DNA of 64,000 nucleotides from Antedon mediterranea (Eukaryota; Animalia; Echinodermata): the NCBI RefSeq assembly GCF_964355755.1, contig NC_092678.1:22461365-22525364 (forward strand), written 5' to 3'. Shown piece after piece: positions 62,551 to 64,000 of this stretch. The notes below the pieces were generated by a model. That model was given only the letters and a program-made list of their open reading frames with translations. It was not told the origin of the DNA and did not search any database. Each line of letters opens with the position of its first letter. Positions within the stretch are counted from its first letter, which is position 1. The position numbers were made by a program, and so were the translations under genes.

Positions 62551-64000
62551 CTTAATAAACATACTGTAAAACAATGTATAATATTAATTAAAAAAATATT
62601 ACTAATATGATTTGTGTATAACAATGTATAATATTAATTTTTAAAATATTACTATTATGAATTGTGTAAAACAATGTATAATATCACAGTGATTTGAAGT
62701 GTACATCACTGTAGTAGATAATCAGTTTGCTATTTATTTAACCTAAAAGATTATTGACATAACCTTTTCTGTGAAAGTTTTTGTGTTGGTTGTCATCTTC
62801 GTTGTTGTTTTACTCCCATCATCAAATCAAAGAACGAACTGTTCGCTACTTATTACGTAGCATTTGATATCGTTGCCGCTTCCTCTTAAGTAGAACTCGC
62901 GGCTCTAGTTACTCGCCTCCCTCTAATTCGCTGCTCTTTAAAATTCCTAATAAACAGAAAACATTGAATAGTATGCTGTTTAAGTTTCTTAATATATGTA
63001 TGTTTTCAAGAGCTTCATTGTATTTGTATTGCTGACCATTAAATGCGTCATTAAAATATTTAAGCAAACTTTTTACTTTATGTTCTCGTCTCGGTTAGAA
63101 TGGATCTTCATTAAAATATCTTGACAAATTAAGAAAATATGACCTAAAATTAAATAATCATTTTAGGTATTTTTACAGTGACTGCAAAAATAGAAGAATA
63201 TTTAATTAACTTAAACAATATTTTCTTTTCTTATTTTTTTTTTTATATCTATATTTTTAATTTATACTAACAAATATCTTTTTATTAATATAATAATAGT
63301 AATATATCAAAAATTTATTAAATAATATTTATCGCATACAGTAATATGCAATCTACGATAATTTAATTAATTGATATAACAAATTTATTGAATACATAAC
63401 ATCATTTGAATAAAAAGAACAAATCACATATCTACACATAATCATAACATCGTATACTCTATCTCTAACAATTTATTCAATCTTCTATCGACTAAAGCCG
63501 AAGTATAGTCGTTATCTCGGGACCGTTCTATGGCCACCACCAGGTAGGCTTACTTCATCAAAGCTTCTATGAATGGATGTACTGGTTGGGAGCAGAAAAA
63601 CTAGTAGACCATACCCAGTACCGTTTTGATTACGATCAATCGGGAAATTACCTCACGACGTTATAGGAATGTATACTGAAAACAGTATTTGATAAAATTA
63701 TATTTGTATATTATATTTTAACATAACTACAGTATATAAATACAATAATTTAGCAACAGCATGTGTTCTTTTTTTTATCTCTTTTTCTGTTAAAGAGACT
63801 TATGATAGTTTTTTACTTCTAATTTCGATCACTAAATTTGTTCCATGTCTTTATAGGTTTAGTTGACTTTTGAAATGAACTGTTTCAAAATACTGTACAC
63901 TGAATTAATAATACTGTCTGTCAAAAATGTATCAAAAAAATAGTTTTCAAATTTAATTTTTACCGTCGTAAGGGGGAGAGAATGCCCAATGCCAAACCTC

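Overview
AT-rich, intron-containing animal genomic DNA. The repeat content suggests an invertebrate deuterostome such as an echinoderm, but that is an inference. Three protein-coding units are supported: (1) a ~905-aa terminal exon on + (8762-11479) of a low-complexity protein that begins with an INKA/FAM212- or LURAP/FAM89-like helix; (2) a complete 5-exon type-B carboxylesterase on - (17663-14268) with signal peptide, intact catalytic triad and C-terminal KDEL; (3) head-to-head with it, a complete 25-coding-exon cytoplasmic isoleucyl-tRNA synthetase IARS1 on + (18469-29918, ~1279 aa). From ~30 to 58 kb I find no convincing coding exon; a CRE/CCAAT/E-box promoter-like cluster at ~35.6-35.9 kb is followed by CpG-poor, intron-like DNA. 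At 58727-62206 lies a young Ty3/Gypsy LTR element (403-bp LTRs with 2 differences, tRNA-Gln PBS) that keeps only a gag stub and an intact integrase, with no protease, RT or RNase H. The window also carries ~16 copies of one MITE family, other MITEs, Deu-domain SINEs and several minisatellites. The most unusual signals are short TA-bounded motifs: TA-C(A/T)G-TA insertions visible inside older repeats, resembling transposon excision footprints, and a strongly over-represented TAGGCCTA confined to CpG-rich zones. All coordinates and counts were read by eye.
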